Of a stretch of DNA of 64,000 nucleotides, positions 9,775 through 19,515 are shown piece after piece. Origin of the DNA: Escherichia phage vB_EcoM-S1P5QW; sequence record OL956808.1, one strand, 5' to 3'. Every line of letters begins with the position of its first letter. Position 1 is the stretch's first letter. The translations under genes and the position numbers were made by a program. The notes under the pieces are model-generated. The model ran no database searches and was not told the origin of the DNA. It saw only the letters and a list, made by a program, of their open reading frames with translations.

Positions 9775-10092
9775 ATGACTGATAAACCCGAAATTAATGA
9801 TGAAGTGGAAAAGCTTATTTCTTCTATTGAAGAAAAGAACCGTCTTGAAGCAGAAAGAAAAGCAAATAAGTTATTGTCTAAAAACAAACGTGAACTGAAT
9901 CGTCTTTATAAGCACGCTCAGATCGCAGCTGAAAATAATAATTTTGCTCAATACGAATATGCTATCAAGAAAAGTCGGGATATTCTAAAACAGCCATATA
10001 ACGATGAACTCATCAGTATTCTTTGGAAGACTACTAGATCGCAAATTGAGGATATGATTGATGCTTACACACGTAAAATTCAAGCGTCTTAA
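9775..10092 (+). CDS. hypothetical coiled-coil protein
   Basis: 105-aa ORF. Confidence 0.4.
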   Translation: MTDKPEINDEVEKLISSIEEKNRLEAERKANKLLSKNKRELNRLYKHAQIAAENNNFAQYEYAIKKSRDILKQPYNDELISILWKTTRSQIEDMIDAYTRKIQAS

Positions 10093-10264
10093 AATTAATG
10101 CAGGATTTACTGAATCTTTGAATGGTCATCTTTGTGTGAAAATTTCTGAAAAAGAATACCATGATAGTTCAATTAAAGAAGTTAATCCTCCTATTGTAAG
10201 AGCAGACCCTAATATGAAAGTGTGGGTTGATTCTTATCAAGTCAAAAAATGGTGGCAGTTATGA
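10058..10264 (+). CDS. hypothetical protein
   Basis: 68-aa ORF overlapping previous ORF. Confidence 0.3.
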   Translation: MMLTHVKFKRLKINAGFTESLNGHLCVKISEKEYHDSSIKEVNPPIVRADPNMKVWVDSYQVKKWWQL

Positions 10265-10308
10265 AAGATGAACACCCAGACTTCTGAAATAGATTATAAT
10301 AAAATTCG

Positions 10309-10349
10309 TTCCTCTAAAGAGGAAATGATGAGACTCTTTAAAGAGTCTC
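10309..10349 (+). repeat. two adjacent perfect palindromes upstream of alpha-gt
   Basis: TTCCTCT-AA-AGAGGAA and GAGACTCTTT-AAAGAGTCTC. Confidence 0.6.
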
Positions 10350-10441
10350 ATGATAAAGCTAAAGCAGAAGGAACTATAAAATATAAGCGCATAAAATTTA
10401 AAAGTTCTAACGAGCCTCTGTATGGCGTATTATGTGGATAG
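10325..10441 (+). CDS. possible small ORF (38 aa) with SD buried in a palindrome
   Basis: AAGAGGAA SD lies inside a 7-bp-arm palindrome; very short, speculative. Confidence 0.2.
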   Translation: MMRLFKESHDKAKAEGTIKYKRIKFKSSNEPLYGVLCG

Positions 10442-10454
10442 GAGCTTCGGCTCC
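10441..10454 (+). terminator. UUCG-tetraloop hairpin (terminator or RNA stabiliser)
   Basis: GGAGCTTCGGCTCC, weak T tract. Confidence 0.35.
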
Positions 10455-10458
10455 TATA

Positions 10459-10483
10459 TTGCTTTATAAATTTTTGGTAAAAT
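10459..10483 (+). promoter_or_regulatory. candidate MotA-dependent middle promoter upstream of alpha-gt
   Basis: MotA-box-like TTGCTTTA about 12 bp upstream of -10-like TAAAAT. Confidence 0.4.
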
Positions 10484-10507
10484 AAACCAAAACAAAGAGG
10501 ATATTAA

Positions 10508-11710
10508 ATGAAAGTATGTATTTTTATGGCTCGAGGTCTTGAAGGTTGTGGTGTAACAAAATTCTCACTCGAGCAACGTGATTGGTTTATTAAAAATAGT
10601 CATGAAGTGACTTTGGTTTATGCTAAAGATAAATCATTTACTCGTAATTGCGCGCATGATTATAAATCATTTTCAATTCCGGTTTTATTGGCAAAAGAAT
10701 ATGATAAAACACTTAAGCTGGTAAATGATTGTGATATTCTAATTATCAATTCAGTTCCTGCTACTTCGGTTGAAGAAGACACGATTAATAACTATAAAAA
10801 AATTATTGATAACATTAAACCTTCTGTTCGTGTTGTAGTTTATCAACATGACCATTCTTCTCTTTCTTTGCGTCGAAATTTGGGATTAGAAGAAACTGTT
10901 CGTCGAGCTGATGTTATTTTTAGCCATTCTGATAATGGTGATTTTAATAAAGTTCTGATGAAAGAGTGGTATCCAGAAACTGTTTCTCTGTTTGATGATA
11001 TTGAAGAAGCACCGACCGTATATAACTTTCAGCCTCCTATGGATATTGCGAAGGTTCGATCAACCTACTGGAAAGATGTTTCTGAAATTAACATGAATAT
11101 CAACCGTTGGATTGGTCGTACGACTACATGGAAAGGTTTTTATCAGATGTTTGATTTTCACGAAAAACATCTTAAACCTGCAGGACTAAGTACTATTATG
11201 GAAGGTCTGGAACGTTCTCCAGCGTTCATTCCTATTAAAGAAAAAGGAATTCCATACGAGTATTATCGTCTTCATCAAGTAGACCAAATTAAAATTGCTC
11301 CTAATTTGCCAACGCAAATTCTTGACCGTTATGTAAATAGCGAAATGCTTGAACGTATGAGTAAATCCGGATTTGGTTATCAGTTGAGTAAGTTGGATAA
11401 AAAATATCTACAGCGCTCTTTAGAATATACTCATCTCGAGCTTGGTGCATGTGGAACAATTCCGGTATTTTGGAAATCTACTGGCGAAAATTTAAAATTC
11501 CGTGTTGATAATACTCCTTTGACCTCGCATGATAGCGGTATCATTTGGTTTGATGAAAATGATATGGAATCAACATTTGAACGTATTAAAGAACTGTCAT
11601 CTGACCGAGCTCTTTATGACCGTGAGCGAGAAAAAGCATATGAATTTTTGTATCAGCATCAAGATTCAAGCTTCTGCTTTAAAGAACAGTTTGACATTAT
11701 TACAAAATAA
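10508..11710 (+). CDS. agt: DNA alpha-glucosyltransferase
   Basis: 400 aa, recognised as T4 alpha-gt; AAGAGGA SD. Confidence 0.9.
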   Translation: MKVCIFMARGLEGCGVTKFSLEQRDWFIKNSHEVTLVYAKDKSFTRNCAHDYKSFSIPVLLAKEYDKTLKLVNDCDILIINSVPATSVEEDTINNYKKIIDNIKPSVRVVVYQHDHSSLSLRRNLGLEETVRRADVIFSHSDNGDFNKVLMKEWYPETVSLFDDIEEAPTVYNFQPPMDIAKVRSTYWKDVSEINMNINRWIGRTTTWKGFYQMFDFHEKHLKPAGLSTIMEGLERSPAFIPIKEKGIPYEYYRLHQVDQIKIAPNLPTQILDRYVNSEMLERMSKSGFGYQLSKLDKKYLQRSLEYTHLELGACGTIPVFWKSTGENLKFRVDNTPLTSHDSGIIWFDENDMESTFERIKELSSDRALYDREREKAYEFLYQHQDSSFCFKEQFDIITK

Positions 11711-11711
11711 A

Positions 11712-11727
11712 GGGCTTCGGCCCTTTA
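11712..11727 (+). terminator. UUCG-tetraloop hairpin after alpha-gt
   Basis: GGGCTTCGGCCC then TTT. Confidence 0.5.
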
Positions 11728-11749
11728 GCTTTATACGGAGTTTGATATA

Positions 11750-11890
11750 ATGATATTTCTTGGATATGTGATACTTTTTCTTGCATTTTATCTATTCACT
11801 AGAGCATGCTGGATTGGGTTCTTTAGCACTCCAGATGGATTTATTTCAATAATTTTATTTTGCATTTCAATGACGGTTCTTGATATATGA
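11750..11890 (+). CDS. small hydrophobic protein (46 aa)
   Basis: not in track; GGAG SD; ATGA overlap with gene 47 start. Confidence 0.3.
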   Translation: MIFLGYVILFLAFYLFTRACWIGFFSTPDGFISIILFCISMTVLDI

Positions 11891-12906
11891 AAATTTTAAA
11901 TTTAGGTGATTGGCATTTAGGCGTTAAAGCCGATGATGAGTGGGTTCAATCCATTCAGTTAGATGGAATTAAACAAGCAATAGAATATTCTAAGAAAAAT
12001 GGAATTACTACCTGGATTCAATATGGCGATATTTTTGATGTGCGAAAAGCAATCACGCATAAAACTATGGAGTTCGCTCGTGAAATAGTTCAAATGCTTG
12101 ATGATGCTGGTATTACCCTACATACTGTTGTAGGAAACCATGATATGCACTTTAAAAATACTTTAACTCCAAATGCCTCTACTGAGCTTTTGGCTAAATA
12201 TCCTAATGTTAAAGTATATGATAAGCCTACTACAGTAGATTTTGACGGATGTTTAATTGATTTAATTCCTTGGATGTGTGAAGAAAATACTGGTGAAATT
12301 CTCGAGCACATAAAAACTTCTTCTGCTTCTTTTTGTGTTGGTCACTGGGAACTGAATGGATTTTATTTTTATAAAGGAATGAAATCTCACGGTCTTGAAC
12401 CTGATTTCCTTAAGACTTATAAAGAAGTGTGGTCTGGTCACTTCCATACTATTTCTGAGGCTGCAAACGTCAAATATATTGGGACACCATGGACACTAAC
12501 TGCAGGTGACGAGAATGACCCTCGTGGGTTCTGGATGTTTGATACAGAAACAGAACGAATGGAATTTATTCCAAACAACACTACCTGGCATCGTAGAATT
12601 CATTATCCATTTAAAGGAAAAATTGACTATAAAGATTTTACAAATCTATCAGTACGTGTTATAGTAACTGAGGTAGACAAAAATCTGACGAAGTTCGAAT
12701 CTGAACTAGAAAAAGTTGTGCATTCATTACGAGTTGTGTCAAAGATTGATAACTCTGTCGAGTCAGATGACAGTGAAGAAGTTGAAGTTCAATCTCTTCA
12801 GACGTTAATGGAAGAATACATTAATGCAATTCCAGACATCACTGATTCTGATCGTGAAGCACTTATTCAATATGCAAATCAGTTATATGTAGAGGCAACA
12901 CAATGA
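11887..12906 (+). CDS. 47: recombination endonuclease subunit gp47 (Mre11-like)
   Basis: 339 aa; phosphoesterase motifs DxH and GNHD. Confidence 0.9.
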   Translation: MKILNLGDWHLGVKADDEWVQSIQLDGIKQAIEYSKKNGITTWIQYGDIFDVRKAITHKTMEFAREIVQMLDDAGITLHTVVGNHDMHFKNTLTPNASTELLAKYPNVKVYDKPTTVDFDGCLIDLIPWMCEENTGEILEHIKTSSASFCVGHWELNGFYFYKGMKSHGLEPDFLKTYKEVWSGHFHTISEAANVKYIGTPWTLTAGDENDPRGFWMFDTETERMEFIPNNTTWHRRIHYPFKGKIDYKDFTNLSVRVIVTEVDKNLTKFESELEKVVHSLRVVSKIDNSVESDDSEEVEVQSLQTLMEEYINAIPDITDSDREALIQYANQLYVEATQ

Positions 12907-13166
12907 TTTTTGATGAATTTAAAGATGTCATGATGAGTCAGCATTTTGAATGCGAAGTAAAAGATGATATTGGGCATAAAGAAATTATTGAATATTGGTT
13001 TGAACCGCTAGAAGTTGAAGATAATTGTATTAAAAAGGTTACAGTCTGCACTGACTGGGCTGTATCTTTTAACTTCAACATTTTAGATAATGACACACCT
13101 AAATCATTACGAGATATGGCTGTATCTTGTATTAAGGATGCATACTGTGAAGTTTTCGACATTTGA
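12903..13166 (+). CDS. hypothetical protein
   Basis: 87-aa ORF between 47 and 46. Confidence 0.45.
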   Translation: MIFDEFKDVMMSQHFECEVKDDIGHKEIIEYWFEPLEVEDNCIKKVTVCTDWAVSFNFNILDNDTPKSLRDMAVSCIKDAYCEVFDI

Positions 13167-13353
13167 CATTAATGATGAATTCATAGCAAATATTGATTAT
13201 ACCGAAGAAGATTCTAGATATGTTGGAATAATTTATATTACATCAAAAACAGCACAAGGTGTTGTTTGCATGGCTGAATTTGATGAATACTTTTTAGATT
13301 ATGATGATATGATAGAATGGTCTAAAAGATACATTAAAAGGAATCTTTTGTGA
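13138..13353 (+). CDS. hypothetical protein (start uncertain)
   Basis: ORF between 47 and 46; in-frame GTG at 13147 with AAGGA SD is an alternative start. Confidence 0.3.
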   Translation: MHTVKFSTFDINDEFIANIDYTEEDSRYVGIIYITSKTAQGVVCMAEFDEYFLDYDDMIEWSKRYIKRNLL

Positions 13354-15032
13354 AGAATTTTAAACTAAACCGAGTTAGGTATCAAAATATAATGTCAGTA
13401 GGTGGAAATCCTATTGACATTCAATTAGATAAGGTTCAAAAAACTCTTATTACTGGCCGAAATGGCGGTGGTAAGTCTACTATGTTAGAAGCCATCACAT
13501 TTGGGCTTTTTGGCAAGCCATTTCGTGATGTAAAGAAAGGTCAATTAATAAACAGCACAAATAAGAAAGAACTTTTAGTTGAACTGTGGATGGAATATGA
13601 TGAGAAAAAGTACTATATCAAAAGAGGACAAAAACCGAACGTTTTCGAAATCACCGTTAACGGTACACGTCTTAATGAATCTGCCAGCAGTAAAGATTTC
13701 CAAGCAGAATTTGAACAGCTTATCGGAATGTCATATGCCAGTTTCAAGCAGATTGTTGTTCTTGGTACAGCAGGGTATACCCCTTTCATGGGTTTGTCGA
13801 CCCCTGCGCGAAGAAAGCTTGTGGAAGACCTGCTTGAGGTAGGAACATTAGCTGAAATGGATAAGCTTAATAAAGCACTAATACGTGAATTAAATTCACA
13901 AAACCAAGTGCTTGATGTTAAAAAAGATAGTATTATCCAACAAATTAAAATATATAATGATAACGTTGAACGCCAGAAAAAATTAACGGGTGACAACCTT
14001 ACTCGTCTTCAAAATATGTATGATGATTTGGCAAAAGAAGCTAGAACGCTAAAATCGGAAATAGAAGAAGCTAACGAAAGATTAGTTAATATTGTTTTGG
14101 ATGAAGACCCGACTGATGCATTTAATAAAATCGGTCAAGAAGCATTTTTAATTAAATCAAAAATTGATTCGTATAATAAAGTCATTAATATGTATCACGA
14201 AGGTGGATTATGTCCAACCTGTTTGTCACAATTAAGTTCCGGTGATAAAGTTGTTTCTAAAATTAAAGATAAAGTTTCTGAATGCACGCATTCATTTGAA
14301 CAGCTTTCAACACATCGTGATAATTTAAAAGTTCTTGTTGATGAATACCGAGATAATATTAAAACCCAGCAGACGTTGGCAAATGATATTCGCAATAAAA
14401 AGCAATCTCTAATCACGACGGTAGATAAAGCTAAAAAAGTTAAAGCAGCTATAGAAAAAGCATCATCCGAGTTTATTGACCATGCTGATGAAATAGCACT
14501 GCTTCAAGAAGAACTTGATAAAATTGTTAAGACAAAAACTAATTTAGTAATGGAAAAATACCACAGAGGAATTTTGACTGACATGCTCAAAGATTCTGGT
14601 ATTAAAGGTGCTATTATTAAAAAGTACATTCCATTATTTAATAAGCAGATTAACCATTATCTTAAAATAATGGAAGCGGATTATGTGTTTACATTAGATG
14701 AAGAATTTAATGAGACAATTAAATCCCGTGGTCGTGAAGATTTTAGTTATGCTTCATTTAGTCAAGGTGAAAAAGCACGAATTGATATTGCTCTTTTATT
14801 TACTTGGCGTGATATTGCTGAAAAAGTTTCAGGTGTTAAAATAAACACACTAATTCTTGATGAAGTTTTTGATTCAGCGACCGACGTTGAAGGTGTAAAA
14901 GCTATTTCAACTATTTTAGATAGTTTAAAAAATACTAATGTTTTTGTTATTTCACATAGAGACCATGACCCGCAAGCATACGGTCAGCATCTTCAAATGA
15001 AGAAAGTTGGTCGATTTACTGTAATGGTTTAA
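13350..15032 (+). CDS. 46: recombination endonuclease subunit gp46 (Rad50/SbcC-like ATPase)
   Basis: 560 aa; Walker A GRNGGGKST, Zn-hook CPTC, signature SGGE, Walker B LILDE. Confidence 0.9.
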   Translation: MKNFKLNRVRYQNIMSVGGNPIDIQLDKVQKTLITGRNGGGKSTMLEAITFGLFGKPFRDVKKGQLINSTNKKELLVELWMEYDEKKYYIKRGQKPNVFEITVNGTRLNESASSKDFQAEFEQLIGMSYASFKQIVVLGTAGYTPFMGLSTPARRKLVEDLLEVGTLAEMDKLNKALIRELNSQNQVLDVKKDSIIQQIKIYNDNVERQKKLTGDNLTRLQNMYDDLAKEARTLKSEIEEANERLVNIVLDEDPTDAFNKIGQEAFLIKSKIDSYNKVINMYHEGGLCPTCLSQLSSGDKVVSKIKDKVSECTHSFEQLSTHRDNLKVLVDEYRDNIKTQQTLANDIRNKKQSLITTVDKAKKVKAAIEKASSEFIDHADEIALLQEELDKIVKTKTNLVMEKYHRGILTDMLKDSGIKGAIIKKYIPLFNKQINHYLKIMEADYVFTLDEEFNETIKSRGREDFSYASFSQGEKARIDIALLFTWRDIAEKVSGVKINTLILDEVFDSATDVEGVKAISTILDSLKNTNVFVISHRDHDPQAYGQHLQMKKVGRFTVMV

Positions 15033-15087
15033 TTTATAAGAGATTATGCTTTAATTTATTAGAGTATAATCTCTATGGAGGAAAAAC

Positions 15088-15276
15088 ATGGAATATTCAA
15101 CTGGACAGCATCTATTAACTATTCCTGAAATAAAACGATATATTCTGAGAAATAATTTTTCTAATGAAGAGCATATAGTTACTGAATATATGCTTAGGAA
15201 TGCATTTAAAGCAGAATATACAAAAATAATGTCCAATAGAAATGAAGCTTGGACTGTTACTGATTATTATGACTAA
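15088..15276 (+). CDS. hypothetical protein (T4 45.2-like)
   Basis: 62 aa, GGAGG SD, position between 46 and rpbA. Confidence 0.5.
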   Translation: MEYSTGQHLLTIPEIKRYILRNNFSNEEHIVTEYMLRNAFKAEYTKIMSNRNEAWTVTDYYD

Positions 15277-15285
15277 AGGTGTATT

Positions 15286-15675
15286 ATGACTAAAATTACT
15301 GTGAATTATACTGTTGATGTAAAAGATATTCAGCCAAAACACGTGCGTTCTGAATCAAATCCACAAAACCAAAATAAAATCCGTCGAGCATGGGTTTTGT
15401 CTCTTTCTGATAACGCAATGGAAGTTATTCAGAACAAAATTAAATCTGCACCTGCTCGTCATGCGTATTATGAAGCTATCGATCGTGAAGTAAGTAATAA
15501 ATGGATTGAACTAATGCGCAAACATACTACAGAATCTCTAAACGCCGGTGCTAAATTTATTATGACTTCATGTGGTGAACGCCTTGAAGATGATTATTGC
15601 GGTAATGCAGATGAACGTCTGATTGTTGCTGCACAAATTGTTGCGGAAACAATTGTGGCCGAGTTTAATAAATGA
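15286..15675 (+). CDS. rpbA: RNA polymerase-binding protein RpbA
   Basis: 129 aa, position upstream of gene 45. Confidence 0.7.
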   Translation: MTKITVNYTVDVKDIQPKHVRSESNPQNQNKIRRAWVLSLSDNAMEVIQNKIKSAPARHAYYEAIDREVSNKWIELMRKHTTESLNAGAKFIMTSCGERLEDDYCGNADERLIVAAQIVAETIVAEFNK

Positions 15676-16559
15676 ATTTAGTATATCTTATTAGCTTTCC
15701 AGAGCGGGAAGCTAAAAATATTTTTCCGTGTTATTATATAGGTTCAAAAATTAACGCAATTTTCGATGGAACAAATATAATTGATTCAGCTGGAAAGATT
15801 TATACTGGAAGCGTGTCATCGAGTTATAGCGATGAATATTTTGAACTTATTAAAACCACTAAATATACCGTCAAAATTTTAGCTGAAACTATATTAGATC
15901 CAAGAAAATTGGAGAGATTTTTTCAATTAAAAGTTAAAGCAAAGAGTAATATAAAATATTTTAATAAAGCATACGCAGATGAAAATACTTTAATTGGTGC
16001 TAAAGGATATGGAACATATAAAAATGTTTTAACTGGAAAAATTGTAAAGCTTTCGCAATCTGAAATTACGCCTGAGTATGTCGGTATTCGTAAAGGTTAC
16101 AAACATAGTTCTGAAGTAAAATACAAAATATCTAATTCAATGAAGAATCACTGGACCGATGAGAAAAAGCTTAAACTCTCAAATAAGATGAAATTGAAAT
16201 ATCTTGATTGTAGTTATGCTAAAAAGTTTAGTGATATAATGAATTCAGAAAGTGTAAGATCAAAAATTTCTAAATCTCAAAAAGAATTATGGAATAATGC
16301 TGAAAGAAGACAGAGAGCTTCAATTCAAGCAACTGTTAGAAATAATTTACCGGAATTCAAATCAAAATTTAGAAAATCTAAAGCTAGAGGAACTTGGATT
16401 GAACATGAAGATGAATTAAAATCTTTATGGCATGCTTACGGAAAACCAAGTTATAATAAATTTCGTAAAATTGCAGTAGCTAATGGGTTTAACGACGAAT
16501 CTTATCAGGGTGCTGTACGGTCCTGGTCTAACTATTATGTAAATAGGAAATTGAAATGA
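15672..16559 (+). CDS. homing-endonuclease-like protein (degenerate GIY-YIG-like N-terminus, NUMOD3-like repeats)
   Basis: 295 aa; VYL...YYIGS near N-terminus; [11 protein letters not shown] and [12 protein letters not shown] repeats; not present at this position in T4 as I recall. Confidence 0.5.
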   Translation: MNLVYLISFPEREAKNIFPCYYIGSKINAIFDGTNIIDSAGKIYTGSVSSSYSDEYFELIKTTKYTVKILAETILDPRKLERFFQLKVKAKSNIKYFNKAYADENTLIGAKGYGTYKNVLTGKIVKLSQSEITPEYVGIRKGYKHSSEVKYKISNSMKNHWTDEKKLKLSNKMKLKYLDCSYAKKFSDIMNSESVRSKISKSQKELWNNAERRQRASIQATVRNNLPEFKSKFRKSKARGTWIEHEDELKSLWHAYGKPSYNKFRKIAVANGFNDESYQGAVRSWSNYYVNRKLK

Positions 16560-17242
16560 AATTATCTAAAGACACACTGAATATTTTGAAAAATTTCGCT
16601 ACTATTAACTCTGGCATTATGCTTAAATCAGGTCAATTTATTATGACTCGCGCAGTTAATGGTACAACTTATGCAGAAGCAAATATTTCTGACACTATTG
16701 ATTTTGATGTAGCGATTTACGATTTGAACGGTTTTCTCGGTATTCTGTCTCTAGTTAATGATGATGCAGAAATTTCCCAGTCAGAAGATGGAAATATTAA
16801 AATTGCTGATGCCCGCTCAACAATTTTTTGGCCAGCAGCCGATCCGAGTACAGTAGTTGCTCCTAATAAACCAATTCCATTCCCGGTAGCATCTGTTGTT
16901 ACTGAAATTAAAGCTGAAGACCTTCAACAACTGTTGCGTGTATCTCGTGGTCTGCAAATTGATACAATTGCTATCACGGTAAAAGAAGGTAAAATCGTAA
17001 TTAATGGTTTTAATAAAGTAGAAGATTCTGCTCTTACCCGTGTTAAATATTCTTTGACTCTTGGTGATTATGATGGTGAAAATACATTTAATTTCATTAT
17101 CAATATGGCAAATATGAAAATGCAACCAGGAAATTATAAACTTCTGCTCTGGGCAAAAGGTAAACAAGGCGCTGCTAAATTTGAAGGTGAACACGCGAAT
17201 TATGTAGTAGCTCTTGAAGCTGATTCTACCCACGATTTTTAA
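16556..17242 (+). CDS. 45: sliding clamp gp45
   Basis: 228 aa, recognised as T4 gp45. Confidence 0.95.
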   Translation: MKLSKDTLNILKNFATINSGIMLKSGQFIMTRAVNGTTYAEANISDTIDFDVAIYDLNGFLGILSLVNDDAEISQSEDGNIKIADARSTIFWPAADPSTVVAPNKPIPFPVASVVTEIKAEDLQQLLRVSRGLQIDTIAITVKEGKIVINGFNKVEDSALTRVKYSLTLGDYDGENTFNFIINMANMKMQPGNYKLLLWAKGKQGAAKFEGEHANYVVALEADSTHDF

Positions 17243-17246
17243 TAGA

Positions 17247-17261
17247 GGGCTTCGGCCCTTT
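17247..17261 (+). terminator. UUCG-tetraloop hairpin after gene 45
   Basis: GGGCTTCGGCCC then TTT. Confidence 0.5.
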
Positions 17262-17293
17262 ATAATTTACACTAAAACTTGAATGAGGAAATT

Positions 17294-18253
17294 ATGATTA
17301 CCGTAAATGAAAAAGAACACATTCTTGAACAGAAATATCGTCCATCTACTATCGATGAATGTATTCTTCCCGCCTTTGATAAAGAAACCTTTAAATCTAT
17401 TACAAGTAAAGGTAAGATTCCACATATTATTCTTCATTCTCCTTCTCCAGGAACAGGTAAAACAACTGTAGCAAAAGCATTGTGTCATGATGTAAATGCT
17501 GATATGATGTTTGTGAATGGATCAGACTGTAAAATTGATTTCGTTCGTGGTCCTTTGACTAATTTTGCCAGCGCCGCTTCATTTGATGGTCGTCAAAAAG
17601 TAATAGTTATTGATGAATTTGACCGCTCAGGATTAGCAGAGTCTCAGCGACATCTTCGTTCCTTTATGGAAGCTTATAGTTCAAACTGTAGTATTATTAT
17701 TACTGCTAACAATATTGATGGTATTATTAAACCGCTTCAGTCACGCTGCCGAGTTATTACGTTCGGTCAACCGACCGATGAAGATAAAATTGAAATGATG
17801 AAGCAGATGATTCGTCGATTGACTGAAATCTGCAAGCATGAAGGAATTGCTATAGCTGATATGAAAGTTGTAGCAGCTTTGGTTAAAAAGAATTTTCCTG
17901 ATTTTCGTAAAACTATTGGCGAGCTCGATAGTTATTCATCTAAAGGTGTTTTGGATGCTGGTATTTTATCACTGGTTACTAACGATCGTGGTGCTATTGA
18001 TGATGTTCTTGAGTCTCTCAAAAATAAAGATGTTAAACAACTCAGAGCTTTAGCACCAAAATATGCGGCTGATTATTCGTGGTTCGTTGGTAAACTTGCC
18101 GAAGAAATCTATACACGCGTAACTCCACAAAGTATTATTCGTATGTATGAAATTGTTGGTGAAAATAACCAGTATCACGGAATTGCGGCTAATACGGAAT
18201 TACATTTAGCATATCTTTTCATTCAATTGGCATGCGAAATGCAGTGGAAGTGA
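17294..18253 (+). CDS. 44: clamp loader large subunit gp44
   Basis: 319 aa from ATG (MITVNEK); Walker A GTGKTT; track start over-extended. Confidence 0.9.
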   Translation: MITVNEKEHILEQKYRPSTIDECILPAFDKETFKSITSKGKIPHIILHSPSPGTGKTTVAKALCHDVNADMMFVNGSDCKIDFVRGPLTNFASAASFDGRQKVIVIDEFDRSGLAESQRHLRSFMEAYSSNCSIIITANNIDGIIKPLQSRCRVITFGQPTDEDKIEMMKQMIRRLTEICKHEGIAIADMKVVAALVKKNFPDFRKTIGELDSYSSKGVLDAGILSLVTNDRGAIDDVLESLKNKDVKQLRALAPKYAADYSWFVGKLAEEIYTRVTPQSIIRMYEIVGENNQYHGIAANTELHLAYLFIQLACEMQWK

Positions 18254-18254
18254 T

Positions 18255-18818
18255 ATGAGCTTATTTGAAGATGATATTCAATTAAACGAGCATCAAGTTG
18301 CTTGGTATTCAAAAGATTGGACAGCTGTCCAATCCGCTGCTGATTCTTTTAAAGAAAAAGCTGAAAATGAATTTTTTGAAATAATTGGAGCTATTAATAA
18401 TAAAACTAAATGCTCTATTGCTCAAAAAGATTATTCAAAATTCATGGTCGAAAATGCATTATCACAATTTCCAGAGTGCATGCCAGCTGTATATGCTATG
18501 AATTTAATTGGATCAGGTTTAAGTGATGAAGCCCATTTTAATTATCTGATGGCTGCAGTTCCTCGTGGTAAAAGATATGGTAAATGGGCAAAACTGGTCG
18601 AAGATTCCACCGAAGTATTGATTATTAAGTTACTTGCTAAGCGGTATCAAGTTAATACAAATGATGCAATTAACTATAAATCAATTCTTACTAAAAATGG
18701 AAAACTACCTTTAGTATTAAAAGAACTTAAAGGATTAGTCACGGATGATTTTTTAAAAGAAGTGACTAAGAACGTAAAAGAACAGAAACAACTCAAAAAA
18801 CTAGCATTGGAATGGTAA
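18255..18818 (+). CDS. 62: clamp loader small subunit gp62
   Basis: 187 aa, follows gene 44 with 1-nt spacing. Confidence 0.9.
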   Translation: MSLFEDDIQLNEHQVAWYSKDWTAVQSAADSFKEKAENEFFEIIGAINNKTKCSIAQKDYSKFMVENALSQFPECMPAVYAMNLIGSGLSDEAHFNYLMAAVPRGKRYGKWAKLVEDSTEVLIIKLLAKRYQVNTNDAINYKSILTKNGKLPLVLKELKGLVTDDFLKEVTKNVKEQKQLKKLALEW

Positions 18819-18819
18819 A

Positions 18820-19188
18820 ATGATTGAAATTACTCTTAAAAAACCTGAAGATTTTCTGAAAGTAAAAGAAACTTTGACTCGTATGGGAATTGCTAATAAT
18901 AAAGATAAAGTTCTGTATCAGTCCTGTCATATTCTTCAGAAAAAAGGACTATACTATATCGTTCATTTTAAAGAAATGCTTCGTATGGATGGCCGGCAAG
19001 TTGAAATGACAGAAGAAGATGAAGTTCGTCGTGATTCGATTGCATGGCTGTTAGAAGATTGGGGACTGATTGAAATCGTTCCTGGACAAAGAACTTTTAT
19101 GAAAGATTTAACTAATAACTTCCGAGTTATTTCTTTTAAACAAAAACATGAATGGAAACTCGTTCCTAAATATACGATTGGTAATTAA
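18820..19188 (+). CDS. regA: translational repressor RegA
   Basis: 122 aa, position after 62. Confidence 0.85.
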   Translation: MIEITLKKPEDFLKVKETLTRMGIANNKDKVLYQSCHILQKKGLYYIVHFKEMLRMDGRQVEMTEEDEVRRDSIAWLLEDWGLIEIVPGQRTFMKDLTNNFRVISFKQKHEWKLVPKYTIGN

Positions 19189-19198
19189 GGTAAATTAT

Positions 19199-19435
19199 AT
19201 GACACAATCAGAGATTCAGTTTACCGAAGCTTTTCTAATATTCGAAAATCTAAAACAAACATATGGTCTGTCTTCTACTCAACTGGTTTTTGACCTCCCG
19301 GAAGATAAACAAATAGAATTCCAAAAAGAATTCCAACGATTAGTTTACCCACGCCAACGCGCATTTCATGCGATTATCAAAACCACAAATAAAGATGGCA
19401 AGTCCGTTATATCGCGTCGTACAATAGAAATTTAA
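19199..19435 (+). CDS. hypothetical protein (78 aa)
   Basis: ATG with AAGG SD after regA; followed by hairpin. Confidence 0.4.
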   Translation: MTQSEIQFTEAFLIFENLKQTYGLSSTQLVFDLPEDKQIEFQKEFQRLVYPRQRAFHAIIKTTNKDGKSVISRRTIEI

Positions 19436-19441
19436 AGCAAA

Positions 19442-19460
19442 GGGGCTTCGGCCCCTTATT
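19442..19460 (+). terminator. UUCG-tetraloop hairpin before gene 43
   Basis: GGGGCTTCGGCCCC then TTATTT. Confidence 0.5.
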
Positions 19461-19515
19461 TGGAGTATAATATATCAAGAGCCTAATAACTCGGGCTATA
19501 AACTAAGGAATATCT

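Noticed and set aside
10461-10470. TATAAAT-like sequence upstream of alpha-gt as a late promoter
   Set aside because: Reads TATAAATT, not the strict TATAAATA late consensus; better explained as part of a MotA-box middle promoter region.
11529-11750. 73-aa ORF overlapping the alpha-gt 3-prime end
   Set aside because: Out-of-frame overlap with a confident gene; it spans the terminator hairpin.
13613-13996. 127-aa - strand ORF and 87-aa + strand alternative frame inside gene 46
   Set aside because: Embedded in the Rad50-like gene; no start context; AT-rich genomes generate such open frames by chance.
16817-17233. 138-aa - strand ORF overlapping gene 45
   Set aside because: Antisense to the sliding-clamp gene; no independent evidence.
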